Assembly (NCBI GenBank): GCA_964016885.1
Contig: OZ024740.1
Coordinates: 136,586,001-136,650,000 of the forward strand
Source: Eledone cirrhosa
Taxonomy: Eukaryota
Direction of reading: 5' to 3'
DNA length: 64,000 bases
The notes beneath the pieces are model-generated. The model was not told where the DNA came from. It saw nothing but the letters and a program-made list of their open reading frames with translations, and did no database searches. The position numbers were made by a program, and so were the translations under genes. This document shows positions 10,740 to 24,263 of the stretch, one piece after another. Each line of letters starts with the position of its first letter. Positions within the stretch are counted from its first letter, which is position 1.

Positions 10740-12700
10740 GAGAAGAAATGGGCAATTGAGAAAATCACACTCATCCCAAAGTGTTCTTTTCATTTGTGAA
10801 AAAACATAAGGCCCTCTAATTGATGAAAATAGCACACTCCAAGATAATGCCAAAACCATGAGTGAGATACTGCAGAAACAATACTGCTCTGTTTTCAGCA
10901 ATCCTGATATGGCCGATCTGGGCTGTATCAGTGATGTTAATCCCCAACACAATATATCGGACATAACATTTGGTGCCCCTGATGTCTTAGCGGCAATAAA
11001 CAAAATTAAACACAATTCAGCAGTAGGCCCTGATAGTGTCCTGAAGGTGTGTCGACACCAACTTGCATCTCCTCTTGCTAATCTCTGGAGGAACTCACTG
11101 GAAGCTGGTTATATTCCTGAAAACTTTCTGTTCCAGTTTTCAAAAAGGGAAACAAGTCCCTTGCAGTGAACTACCGTCCAATCTCTATCACCTCTCATAT
11201 CATCAAGCTATTTGAGAGAGTGGTGAGATCACGAATAACCCACTTTCTTGAAAGCAACAGACAGCTGAACTCCAACCAACATGGGTGCCTAACACAGCTC
11301 CTGCATCACTTTGATATTTTGAGAGCCTTGAGAGAGGGCTCGAACACTGATGTCATCTACCTTAATTTCAGCAAGGCGTTTGACAGGGTTGATCATAAGA
11401 TTCTATTGAAAGAACTATCCAACATTGGTGTCTCTGGAAAGTTACTACAGTAGATCAAGTGTTTCCTGACAGACAGACCCCAACATGTAGTCGAAGGAGT
11501 AAAATCAAGGTCAGCAGTGGCGTCTCGCAAGGCACTGTGTTGGGCCCACTTCTTTTCATCATCTACATTGACATCATCAAGCACAGCAACATAAGAATCT
11601 TTGCAGATGATTCCAAGCTCCAGAAGGTCATCAATGAAGTGGGTGACCAGACATGCCTTCAGTCAGACCTACTGGCTGTTATCCAATGGGTGGAAAAGAA
11701 TATGCTGCTGAACGAGGATAAATTTGAGTTAATCCACTTTGGAAAAGAGGATGCCCTGAAACTCCCATACTCCTTTCCTTCAGTTGAAACTCTCATGACA
11801 CCTAATAACATCAGAGACTAGGGAGTAATTGTGGACAACATAAGCTGGGCCACTCATATAAACAGCAAAGTTGACATGGCCTACAGAATGTGTTCGTAGA
11901 TTCTCAGAACCTTCCAGTCAAGAGATATTCAGTTATCCTTCTCGACTTTTGCCTGACCCCACATTGAATACTGTAGTCCACTGTGGTCTCCCCACACGAA
12001 ACAAAGTATCATGAAAGTTGAAGCACCTCAAAGGTCAATTACAAAAAAAGATAGATGGCATGATAGGCCGTGACTATTGGAGTTGACTAGAAAAGATCAA
12101 CCTTTATTCTCTCCAACGTCGCACTACATTATCTACAATATTGCCCAAATTATGTAAGCATTACCTTTAACCCTTCAGCATTCAAACCGGCTGTATCCGG
12201 CCAGAATTCTCTCACCTCTACTGTTCAAACCAGCCATAACTGGCCACTCAGACCAATGTTAAAGTATTGTTCTTAAAATAAATATCAAAATCTTATAAAT
12301 TTGATATTATGTGAGATAATAATGTAAGATAAAGCCTATACCGCGAAAATACAATAGTATATAGAGAATAATTCAAATGCTAAAGGGTTAAGGTACACCC
12401 AAGGCTTGGGCCCCGTGCTATCCGCCTACGACAAAAATCATACTTGCATCTCATAGCCTCAATACAGCACTGATTTCACCACAATTGGCCCCACTCTCTT
12501 TAACATTACACCAAAACATTAAAACGGAAACAGACCCCATAAAGTTCAAGAAGTCTTTGGACAAATTCCTTCAAGAAATCCCGGATATGTCTCCGTAAAC
12601 AATAATTCTCTACTTGAGTGGGCCATGGTGTCCAAATCCTGATTTGAAAGACTTCGCCAGGTGGTGTTAGACATATGCTGGTCGAAACCTGTTAAAGTAT
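10740..12700 (+). mobile_element. Degenerate CR1/Jockey-group LINE, RT region
   Basis: Fragments NYRPISITSH, DVIYLNFSKAFDRVDH, SGVSQGTVLGPLLF, IFADDSK; many frameshifts. Confidence 0.85.
12171..12387. mobile_element. piggyBac-type MITE inserted in the LINE
   Basis: TTAA at 12167-12170 and 12388-12391; TIRs cccttcagcatt/aatgctaaaggg. Confidence 0.82.
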
Positions 12701-12716
12701 ATCATATATATATATA

Positions 12717-13600
12717 TCTCTATATATAAAACTGTGTGTGTGTGAGTTTGAATCCCTAAAACTTGAGAACCACGCAACCGACTGTTTTCAAACTTTACAC
12801 ATATAATACTTATGTTTCAGGGAGTGTTCTGAGCAAAAAGAATTTCAAATTTTCAATGCCCTACTGACCAAATTAGGCGATTTAGCGATCTTTCTCTATA
12901 ATTCTTAGTCTTTCTCTTTTTAGATAGATACATACATATAACGTCGCACCCTTATAATGTCTGTATGTCTGGCTGTCTGCCATACGGCACTTCCCTGGGG
13001 ATGTCTGTGAGTTTGAATCCCTAAAACTCGAAGTACCCAACCAACTTTTTTCAAACTTTACATGTGTATTACTTATGTTTCAGGGAGTGATATGCACATA
13101 AAATTCAACATTTTGTCTCCTAGGGCCCGCATTAGGTGAAAAACTGCGTTTTTTAAGCTTTTTAGGGTTTTTTTGAGGCGATACGTCAGACCGATTTCCT
13201 TGAAATTGTAACTATGTGTTAGTCAGTCTCTTCTTCATACCGTGAGCAAAGAAAATCCAACTTTTTTATGGCCTAGGGCCCGCATTAGGTGAAAAACTTC
13301 ATTTTTTCAACTTTTTAGGGCTTTTTGGAGGCGTTACGACTAGCTGATTTTCCCGAAATTTCAAAGCATATTATGCACATTAAAAAAATTCATTTTCTTT
13401 TTCCCCTAGGGCCCGCATTAGGTGAAAACCTGCATTTTTCCTGCTTCATCGAGGAAAATCTTAGATTATCCAGCCATCAGAGTATTCGGTTTATTTTTTT
13501 TTACATATTGTCCAGGCATACAGTTTTTCCACGATTAGGTCTGTTGGCGGCCCGCGTTCCAACATACCTTATCCCGTGCAACGCCGGTTACCACTGCTAG
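12717..13600 (+). mobile_element. Non-autonomous Helitron
   Basis: A|TCTCTATATATAAAA 5' end; subterminal cccgtgcaacgccgg hairpin then CTAG|T; internal repeat cctagggcccgcattaggtgaaaa x3. Confidence 0.8.
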
Positions 13601-13629
13601 TATCATATATCATATATATATATATATTA

Positions 13630-14740
13630 CTGCCGAATTGTTGATTTGAGAAATGTAATGTGTTCAGTTCATTTTCATGTCGTCTCTACATGTTTCTTGG
13701 TCCATTTACCTATCAGTATTTAACTGTTATTAATCTGTTATATGTTCGTTTAACTTAGAATCTAATCTTTTCAATATTATCGATAAATCTGTCGGACCCT
13801 CAAAAATAATCTTCTCGTATTTAAACTCTGATTACTTGTTATATCATTTAACTTTTCAATAATAAGGTTGAATCTGTCGGACCTTTATAAAAATAATCTT
13901 CTCGTTAACTTTCCCATTTCCCTTCCCCCCACCCCACGCACCACCGTTACTCCCATCTCCCACACGCCTCCCTCTGCCTCCAACCCATCCCTTCCTCCCA
14001 CCCCACGCACCACCGTTACTATTTGGTCCAATCATAATTCGGCAATTTATCTGTTTCTCTTACCAATCTCTTTCACAAAACCACCGCCTCGGCTATTACT
14101 CCTTAAGTTTAGACCTGGTTGCTTTCCGATATGCTAAATGGACTACAGAATTTGGAGAGTCTGAACAATCTGAACACTCAATGACAATGTCAAAGATAAA
14201 TTCATCTCCTGTTGCCGGATGAGAATGCAAGGACTCCTCTTTGTTTCAGACACGGATGGCTAACATAATCCCATCTCCCACACGCCTCCCTCTGCCTCCA
14301 ACCCATCCCTTCCACCCACCCAACGAAATCAAAAACTTCAGAGTTGGTACCATGAATGTAGGCACTATGAAAGGTCGCTCTAATGAGGTTGTAGAGATGC
14401 TTGAATGTAAGGGGGTTCATGTTTGTTGTGTGCAAGAGACTAGGTGGAGGGGTGGGTCTGCTAGATTCATTATGGGTAAAAAACGATGCTATAAACTTTT
14501 CTGGGTGGAGTAGGAATTATAGAAAAATGGGTAGATAAGGTAATTGCCATAAATAGAGTGAACGACAGAATAATTAAAATAAGACTAGTCCAAAATAAAT
14601 GAGGTCGTGTAGGTGTCACAACAAAAAAAACACAATCCATCCTGTTATGTGGCCGTGTAGGTAACACGGTAAAAACCTCTCAGTCCACACGGTAAATGTG
14701 GTTGGTGTTAGGAAGGGCATCCAGCCGTAAAAAACCTGCC
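13630..14740 (+). mobile_element. Internally deleted RTE (5' UTR and APE start joined to 3' UTR)
   Basis: FRVGTMNVGTMKGRSNEVVEMLE...CCVQETRW then an abrupt switch at ~14588 to the RTE 3' UTR; 5' boundary uncertain. Confidence 0.7.
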
Positions 14741-14992
<252 letters not shown>

Positions 14993-17317
14993 AAACCACC
15001 AAGAAGCTCCGGGACGCTATTCAGCCTTAACTTCTACAAGGCTAACTGGAAAAAGATTAAGAGTGAAATCCGGAAGCAAACATGGAGTGAAAACACCGCC
15101 ACACAAGACACTAACACTCAATTTCAACACTTCATGATAACGATACACACTATATGCAAAAAGTTTGTCCCGGAGAAAGAGGCAAACAGACACAAAAATC
15201 TTATTCCCAGAGATAGGAAAATCCTTATGAGACGTAGAACTAAACTCTCAAACCGGTTGAATAGTCAACAAAACAAAAACAAGAAGGAATCCTATTTGAA
15301 ACGTGCACTACTTGACACCGAGATTGCACTCAAACTTTCACATGAGAATGAGAGGGCAAAGAAAGAGAACAGGGCCATAGAAAACAAACCCTAAAGCCTT
15401 CTTTAAATTTGCAAAAGAAACTGCCTCAGTACACTGCAAGATTGGGCCACTCTTCCACACGGACGGTTCATTAACCGAAAACCCCCCAAGAGATATGTGA
15501 AATACTGAATGAACAGTACAAAAGTGTGTTCACATGTCCACTGAGGCACATGCAAATAACGAAGCCAGAGGAGTTCTTTGATGCCACAACACTACATCAA
15601 GAAATGGCAACCATCAACCACATAGACATAACGGAGGAGGATGTGGTGTACGCCATTGATGAAATTAGAACAGACTCGGCTGCTGGACCTGATGGATTCC
15701 CAGCAGTTCTCTTAAAAATATGTAAGCGGGCCTTAGCAACTCCCCTGAAGATGCTCTTCAGAAGCTCCTTGGCTAGCGGTGTACTACCCAGGGAGCTGAA
15801 AGAAGGCACAATATGCCCTATCCATAAAGGAGGTAGTAGAGCGGAGGCCAAGAACTATAGGCCAGTCTCCCTGACGTCGCATATCAGTAAGGTCATGGAG
15901 CGAGTCGTCAGAAAGAAACTAATCACTTTCCTCGAAGAAAATGACCGCCTGACTAGCACGCAACATGGCTTCCGCCCAGGAAGAAGCTGCCTTACACAGC
16001 TGCTACATCACTACGACTGGGTACTGAGACAACTACTAGACAGCTCACATGTGGACGTGATATATCTTGACTTTGCGAAGGCCTTTGACAAGGTCGACCA
16101 CGGAATGATATGTCACAAACTACACGAACTCGGCATAACTGGAAAAGTAGGTGAATGGCTGCATGGCTTCCTAAGGGACAGAAGCCAGGCAGTCGCAGCA
16201 AATGGGGCCCTCTCGAGGGAAACACCGATAACAATTGGCGTGCCCCATGGGACAGTCCTGGGACCACTACTGTTTTTGGTGGCTCTCTCTGATATGCCCT
16301 CTGTGGTGCATGCAACAACATCCCTCACTAGCTATGCTGATGAGACTAAGGTAGCACAGGCAATCAAAAACCCGGCTGACGCTGCCCTTTTACAGCAGGA
16401 TCTGGATGCCATATACAGATGGGCGGAAGAAAGCAACATACAGTTTAATGCTGGCAAATTCCAAGCCCTACAATACAAACCTGCAAACACATATATAGTG
16501 GAACACAGCTACACAGGACCAAGAGGGACCGATATCCCCGTGTCAAAATCGATACGAGACCTGGGCATAGACATGAGCGATGATGCATCTTTTTCTTCAC
16601 ACATCATGAAAGTGGCGACAATGTGCAGACGACTCGCTGGCTGGATCTTGAGGACTTTCCGGACAAGAGATCGAGACACCATGTTGACACTGTGGAGGAC
16701 TTTTGTCCTAAGCCGCCTGGACTACTGCTCCCAGTTGTGGTCACCCCATAGTGTCAAACTAACCACGGAGCTTGAGGCAATCCAGCGAAGCTACACCAAG
16801 AGGATTGCCAAGATGATGGAGACAAGCTACTGGGAGAGGCTAAAGGAACTGAACCTCTACTCCTTGGAGCGATGACGGAAGAGATACGCAGTGATCTACA
16901 TGTGGAAAATCCTGGAGGGACTAGCACCAAACTTTGGCATTGGGAGCTGGACCAACCGTCGAACAGGACGTCACTGTGTGGTGCCAAAGGTCCCGTCTTC
17001 CACATCTAGAATAAGGAGCAGGTATTGCAATAGCCTGGGATCCAAGGGCCCTCAACTCTTCAACAGGCTGCCGAGGCATCTGAGAGACTTGCATGACGTG
17101 GAGGTGGATGTCTTCAAGAAACATCTCGACACCTTGTTATCCAGGATCCCGGATGAACCCACAGCAAGACACGAGGGAAACCTCAGGGCAGCAGCAACAA
17201 ACTCCCTCTTACACCAGTGGCCAACCTATACAGGCTGGAGATAAAATGTGTAGCAACAAGGGCGGTGCCCCAGCATGGCCTCAGCCGGGTGGCTGAAACA
17301 GGTAAAAGAGTAAAAGA

Positions 17318-17318
<1 letters not shown>
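14993..17318 (+). mobile_element. CR1/Jockey-group LINE, 5'-truncated, RT nearly intact, (TAAAAGAG)2 tail
   Basis: ORFs 15134-15394, 15526-16875, 16891-17244 (AAGPDG, YLDFAKAFDKVDH, SYADET); 3' ggcggtgccccagcatggcc...gtaaaagagtaaaagag. Confidence 0.9.
15526..17244 (+). pseudogene. LINE ORF2 reverse transcriptase with a nonsense codon at 16873-16875
   Basis: Two same-frame ORFs; the 24338-25084 copy reads through this position as Arg. Confidence 0.85.
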
Positions 17319-17386
<68 letters not shown>

Positions 17387-17614
17387 TATATATATATATT
17401 TATATATAGTATTAGTTATACTATTTATGGTTATGTAAATACAAAACCTTATGCAGTTATAAGTATTTTTTATACACACCCTAAATAGTGGTAGGCAGTA
17501 ATGTATTACTACCTTATTACCAGTAAGTTAAGTAGCTCAATGTAAAGACATCAGATGATTTACAGAGCAGTTATATGAAATATAAGAATCAAAGAACTGT
17601 TCAAAACATTATTG

Positions 17615-17661
17615 TGCTTACAGCTGTTTCCTCCAAACCGAGGTTTGGATTCTTCGGAGCA
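17615..17661 (-). ncRNA. Hammerhead ribozyme, CCGA core variant
   Basis: Reverse complement of 18216-18262. Confidence 0.7.
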
Positions 17662-18215
17662 ATTTATTAATGCATGGACAGTTATATGACCTCCTTTTCA
17701 GCCAAGAGACATACCGATACATATGCAAATATTGTGGGTCAACATTCATTACAGAATTTAGAGTGGCAGTACACACTTCGAGATTACATTCATATTAAGA
17801 GGTACAATCAAAAATCAAAAATACAGGTTAAAATACAACATGAAGATAAGCGGTTATATAGTGCAAATGTTATATGTGTGGCAAGCATGTGCGTCTTGTT
17901 TATATAGTGTGGCAGAGAGATATGTGTGGTAGAGGCACTTAGGTAGGTAAACAAGAGTGTTAGGTTGGTAGATCTGGTGGCAAATTCTTCATATGATTGA
18001 TATAGTCTGTGTGTGGAGAAATGATATAAGCATTAAAAGTGTTAAAAGTATTGTATTTTTGATTTTTGATTGTACCTCTTAATATGAATGTAATCTCGAA
18101 GTGTGTACTGCCACTCTAAATTCTGTAATGAATGTTGACCCACAATATTTGCATATGTATCGGTATGTCTCTTGGCGGAAAAGGAGGTCATATAACTGTC
18201 CATGCATTAATAAAT

Positions 18216-18262
18216 TGCTCCGAAGAATCCAAACCTCGGTTTGGAGGAAACAGCTGTAAGCA
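18216..18262 (+). ncRNA. Hammerhead ribozyme, CCGA core variant
   Basis: tgct-CCGAAGA-a-tccaaacc-tc-ggtttgga-g-GAAA-cagctg-TA-agca. Confidence 0.72.
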
Positions 18263-18496
18263 CAATAATGTTTTGAACAGTTCTTTGATTCTTATATTTC
18301 ATATATTTCATATTTCATATATTTCATATATTTATATATATACATTTATATATATATTTATATATATATATTTATATTTATATATATATATTTATATATA
18401 TATATATTTTTATATATATATATTTATATATATATATTTATATATATATATTTATATATATATATATTTATATATATATATTTATATATATATATT

Positions 18497-18548
<52 letters not shown>

Positions 18549-18618
18549 TATATATATATATATTTATATATATTTATATATATATATTTATATATATATA
18601 TATTGATATATATTTATT

Positions 18619-18652
<34 letters not shown>

Positions 18653-18666
18653 TATATATATATATT

Positions 18667-18698
<32 letters not shown>

Positions 18699-18701
18699 TA
18701 T

Positions 18702-18812
18702 ATATATCGTAAAACATGTCTATAGAATCACCAGATAAAATATATACCGTTTCCTCTAGGAAATGGTATATATTTTATCTGGTGATTCTATAGACATGTT
18801 TTATGATATATA
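18702..18812. repeat. ~110 bp near-perfect palindrome
   Basis: tcgtaaaacatgtctatagaatcaccagataaaatatataccgtttcct-ct-aggaaatggtatatattttatctggtgattctatagacatgttttatga. Confidence 0.9.
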
Positions 18813-18950
18813 GCTCTGATTATTTAATTTATTAATTCTTCATTGAGCCACAAAGTGACCCGTTGCAAAACATATATATCTATGACTTGATATATATATA
18901 TATATGTAAACCTTTATATATATTTATATATATATATTTATATATATATA

Positions 18951-19015
<65 letters not shown>

Positions 19016-19022
19016 TTATATT

Positions 19023-19177
<155 letters not shown>

Positions 19178-19349
19178 ATATATTTATATATATTTATTTA
19201 TATATATATATATTTATATATATATATATTTATATATATATATATTTATATATATATATATATTTATATATATAGTAATAATAATAAGTTTGAAGACTAA
19301 AATCCAATGAGGGCTCGATAAGGATAAATATATATCAAATATATAAGAA

Positions 19350-20326
19350 CCGTCTCGGTCGTTAATTACCTCGACGTTACCCTCAATTTATTGAATGGGT
19401 TGTATTACCCGTATAGAAAGCCGAATGATACGCTTAATTACATAAGTAAGCATTCCAACCATCCTGCCAACATAACCAAGAACCTGGTAAGAAACGTTTC
19501 GTTGAGGCTTTCCCGTCTTTCCACCAATGAGCGTATTTTCAACGACCATTCCACTTATTACAATGAAGCTCTTGCTCGAAGTGGATTTGTCGATAAGGTA
19601 GCATATACAGAGTACGAAAATAGACCTAGAAGAAATAGATCCCGTCGCATTTGTTGGTATAACCCACCATATAATATGGAGGTGGCCACACCATTAGCTA
19701 AGATCTTTCTTTCCCTTATTACGAAGCATTTTCCCCCTACACATAAGTATAGTAAAATTTTTAATAGAAATACTATTAAAATGTCTTACTCTACGACTCC
19801 TAACCTTGCACATAACATCACAGCTTCAAATTTAGCTAAACTAGGTAGCCGTAGGAACACGTGCAACCCTGTAGTTAGTACTAACTGTAATTGTAGGAAT
19901 CGGGTTGATTGCCCCCTTACCGGGAAATGCCTCTCTAGTAACATTTTCTACAAATGTAAGGTTGTAACACCCACGTCCCGTAGGGCCTACATAGGGTTAA
20001 CCGCCAATAGATTCAAGCAGCGTCTTTACATGCATACCCATACTTTTCGTTACCCTCTAAGAAGGAATATGATGTTACTTTCAGCTTATATCTGGAGTCT
20101 AAAAGACAACTACACCCAATATAAGTTACACTGGGAGATCCTAGCTAGGGCTAGATCGTATAACGGTAATAAAAGACCATGTGACCTCTGCGCCGCTGAG
20201 GCCCTGGAAATACTCTACGCCACAGACCACATCTTAAACAAAAAATCTGAGGCAATTTCGGCTTGTAAACATAAATTGCACAAAACTTTCCTGTATTACA
20301 GCCCCACGTTATACACTAACGGATAG
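19350..20326 (+). mobile_element. PLE 3' half (RT thumb, CxCx5C linker, GIY-YIG), Hydra-clade-like
   Basis: NYLDVTLNL..YRKPND..SNHP, WYNPPY, CNCRNRVDCPL, FYKC..AYIGLTANRFKQR, CDLC. Confidence 0.82.
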
Positions 20327-20759
20327 TACGATTTATACGTGGATATTTTACGTCTTGATGTGGGAGCTAAGTATGTTTTGTTTATACCATTACTTATTTG
20401 CATAGGTAAGTATATTTTACCCGTATGTTTTGTGAAGGTACGTATACCTTCTCGTACGTATATTTGATTGTTTATGTTATGGCGTATAATTTTATATATT
20501 CTGGAACATATGGTTTGGCTATGTGTATACGGGAGTTTTGCGTCTGTGTGAGTATGCAGGTTCGTACGTATGTAGGGTGTGTGTATATGTGTACTTCATG
20601 TTTTGGTTGACTTACGTCTCCGAACATTCGTGTATTTACATGTAGGTATGTGCGTGCGCTTGTTATATACGTATTTATTTATTTATATACGTTTATATAA
20701 TTATTTATTTATTTGTATACACGCATACACACACACACTGTGAATTAAATAGGAAAAGA

Positions 20760-23510
20760 AAAGAAATTATACAATTTTTTAATTACCTTAATCTAAAAGT
20801 AGAAATAGAGAATAACCATAAAATAGTTAATTTTCTAGATGTAACATTAAACCTTAACACATGTCTTCATTATCCATTTCACAAACTAAACGAGAACTTA
20901 AACTACGTTAATTTTAACACTAATCACCACAGATCCGTTAAAAATACTATAGTGAATTCTGTACAGCAGCGCATTTCTAGAATTTCAGCGTTAGGTAGAG
21001 CTGGATATAGAAATAAAATTAAATACATTGATAATAATAATATAACAACTAACCATAATCTTAACAATTTTAACAACTATAATAGAAAACCTTACAATAA
21101 TTCGGAAAACAAAAAAAGAAATAGAACTAGGAATATATTATGGTTCGCTCCTCCTTTCTCATTAAATATTAAAACTCCTATTGCTAAACTATTCTTTAAA
21201 GCTCTTGACAAATGCTTCCCTAGAACACATAGATATTACTCAATATTTAATAGACATACTATAAAACTTATTCATCCACCAAAAATTTAGTGCAGAATAT
21301 TAATAGAATTAATAATAGAAATTTAAAACCAAACCAAAATACCACTAATAACCCCAGCAATATCCAATTTGATAAATGTAACTGTAGAAATAAATTTAAC
21401 TGTCCGTTAAATAACAATTGCTTAGCTAAAAATATAGTAAGGTAAAAACTAATTTAAATTCATTTAATTATGTAGGATCTACTTCCACAGATTTTAAATC
21501 TCGTTTAATAACCATAAAAGCTCTTTTACGCATTTAAACAAAAAATCTTCAACTTCTCTATCTAGCTTATTATGGAACCTTAAATTAAAGAACGTTAAAT
21601 ATTCGTTACTTTGGAATATTATTTCAAAAGCTACTCCTTTTAACTCCTCTTCAGAAAATTGTGATCTTTGTATAGAGGAAATATTCTTTATATTAAAAAG
21701 CAAAAATTCCCTGAACATAAGGAGCAATCTCTTCAGTTGCTGCAGACATAGACTGAACTCAACGTTTAAATATAAATTTAAAATGTAATATATAATTAAT
21801 TCTATTAATATATTGAACCTATCGATAAATCATTAGATTCCTTCATTTGACTGCTTAAAACTCTCAAATATAAAAAAAAATTTCCTAGAAAATTTTTCCA
21901 GATAAACATACTGAAAGCTGTTAAAAGGGGAAAATATTTTCTTTGAAAGTTTCTCCTATTTTTGAAAGTTTTTCTTTCTTTTTCTTTGAAAATTTCCCAT
22001 ATGGTTACAAAAATTAAGTTAAACATACTGAGAGTTAAATATTACATATAAAAAATTTAAATTTTTATACTGAATTTTTTAGACATATTCTTATTTTAAA
22101 ATATCTTAAAATATTTTGTAATATTTTTTAAAAATTATATTGCTTTAAAGTTATATTACTTATAATTGTAAGAATATATTTCCAAATCGTAATATAATTC
22201 ATTTTTATTTTATTTTATATATTATGTACTTCAATTATACTATGTACTTTATATTTATCTCTCTCTCTCTCTATATATATATATATGATGCATGTCTAGC
22301 GGTATGTGTATATATGTGTATCTATGTGGGGGTTGTGTATATGTATATATGCATACAATTCGAATGTACTCGGTTATAAGGGATTTCTTACGGTTTATGA
22401 TAAACAAACTTATATAATAACAGTCACAATTACATAACAGGTGGATTTATTAGATATAAAATTTATTAAATTTATTAAATAATATAAGGTTTGCATAATA
22501 ACATAAGGTTTGTATAATCTTAAATTTCCTTTATTATCTTAACATTTATAACATTTTATATAAGTAAACAACTTAATTTCCTTCACGCTGTTTTGCTATT
22601 ACATAGAAATGATTTTCTTCGGTTTTTTCTCCGGTTTCTCCGAAAAATCTATAAGTTTAGAAAAATTCCTGTATCTTAGACATAAAAAGTCTTTTATTGT
22701 ATGTATGTATATGTATGTATGTGTAGGTATATGTATATATTTATATGTATATATATGTATGTGTGCGTATGTATATATATATGAATATATTCTTTTAATA
22801 ATATATAGATTTTTTAATAATATATAGTTTTAATAATATATAGATTTTTTAATAATATATAGTTTTAATAATATATAGATTTTTTAATAATATATAGATC
22901 TCAATTTTAATGTATAGATCTCAATAATTTAATTGATAATTTAATTGATAAACTAAACATTTAATCATATTTAAACACTGGTTAAAATTCTCCAGTTATT
23001 ATTATTTATTTATTTTCTATTCACGCTTATTTACTCTTCCTTACTCATCCAATAAATATTTATTTTTTCACTTCATCTTAAAAGTTACGCTAATACAACA
23101 ACCTATCACTTAGAGCTTTCTCTTTCTCTTTTTGCTTTTTTTTCTCTTTCTCTTTCTCTTTTCCTTGTTTTCTTATTTTCCTCTTAGAGTTTGCTCTTTT
23201 TTCTCTTTTTTCTCTTTCTTTTCTTTCCCTTTCTCCATACCCCAACGGCTTATTTTAAATCTACTGTGATTTAAACATATCCGAAACTAATTTGCATAAT
23301 AGAATAAATAAATTTATAACCCCACTATCCGGGTGCTTCCAACAGAAATGGTCGCATTCTTTAAGGGTATGTCAATATTTATTTATAAAACTGATCTATA
23401 TTATATTTTATCTGATGAAAGCACACCATAATTTAACTTGGTGTCCTTGAAATATGTATAATGAAATAAATATGGTTTTATAAATATCGTTTCCATTTGT
23501 TAATAATATA
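20760..23510 (+). mobile_element. Second Hydra-like PLE remnant (frameshifted RT/GIY-YIG) with long AT-rich 3' region ending in a family C pLTR
   Basis: NFLDVTLNL, WFAPPFS, CNCRNKFNCPL, YVGST, CDLC; pLTR with hammerhead at 23250-23510. Linkage of ORF to pLTR is inferred. Confidence 0.7.
23404..23468 (+). ncRNA. Hammerhead ribozyme (family C, diverged)
   Basis: tattttat-CTGATGA-aag-c-acacca...tggtgt-c-ctt-GAAA-tatgta-TA-atgaaata. Confidence 0.85.
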
Positions 23511-23512
23511 TC

Positions 23513-23601
<89 letters not shown>

Positions 23602-23610
23602 ATTTATATA

Positions 23611-23895
23611 TTGTTATACTTTGGGAGGGTCATGTTGCCAATAAGAGACACACGCACCAGTTGCTTTCACTTCAATTTATTATAATAAATTTATAAATTT
23701 AAAAATTTATAAATTTCCGGTTGGTTGGTTCCACAACCAGATGATTGTTTATATATTGTCAAAGTTCTTTCGTCACACATTCTGTGACCTCTTCAGTGAC
23801 TGGGGATTCTTTTCTTTGTTTTTGTGCCTCTCCTTTGTTCTGTCCTACGCCATCTTGTTTTTGTGTGGCGTAGGACAGAACAAAGGAGAGGCACA
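23611..23895 (-). mobile_element. Solo family A PLE pseudo-LTR with 30 bp terminal inversion
   Basis: Reverse complement of ~5000-5240; inverted repeat 23823-23852/23866-23895. Confidence 0.85.
23758..23800 (-). ncRNA. Minimal hammerhead ribozyme (family A)
   Basis: Minus strand gtca-CTGAAGA-ggtcaca...tgtgac-GAAA-gaac-TT-tgac. Confidence 0.8.
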
Positions 23896-23937
23896 TGTAT
23901 ATGAAGAAATATAAGGCAATAAATGAAGAGAACAGAA

Positions 23938-24263
<326 letters not shown>

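Larger units (their letters stand above)
17572..18305. mobile_element. Inverted pair of PLE pseudo-LTRs (family E), arms 17572-17825 and 18052-18305
   Basis: ~254 bp inverted repeat with a hammerhead in each arm. Confidence 0.78.
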
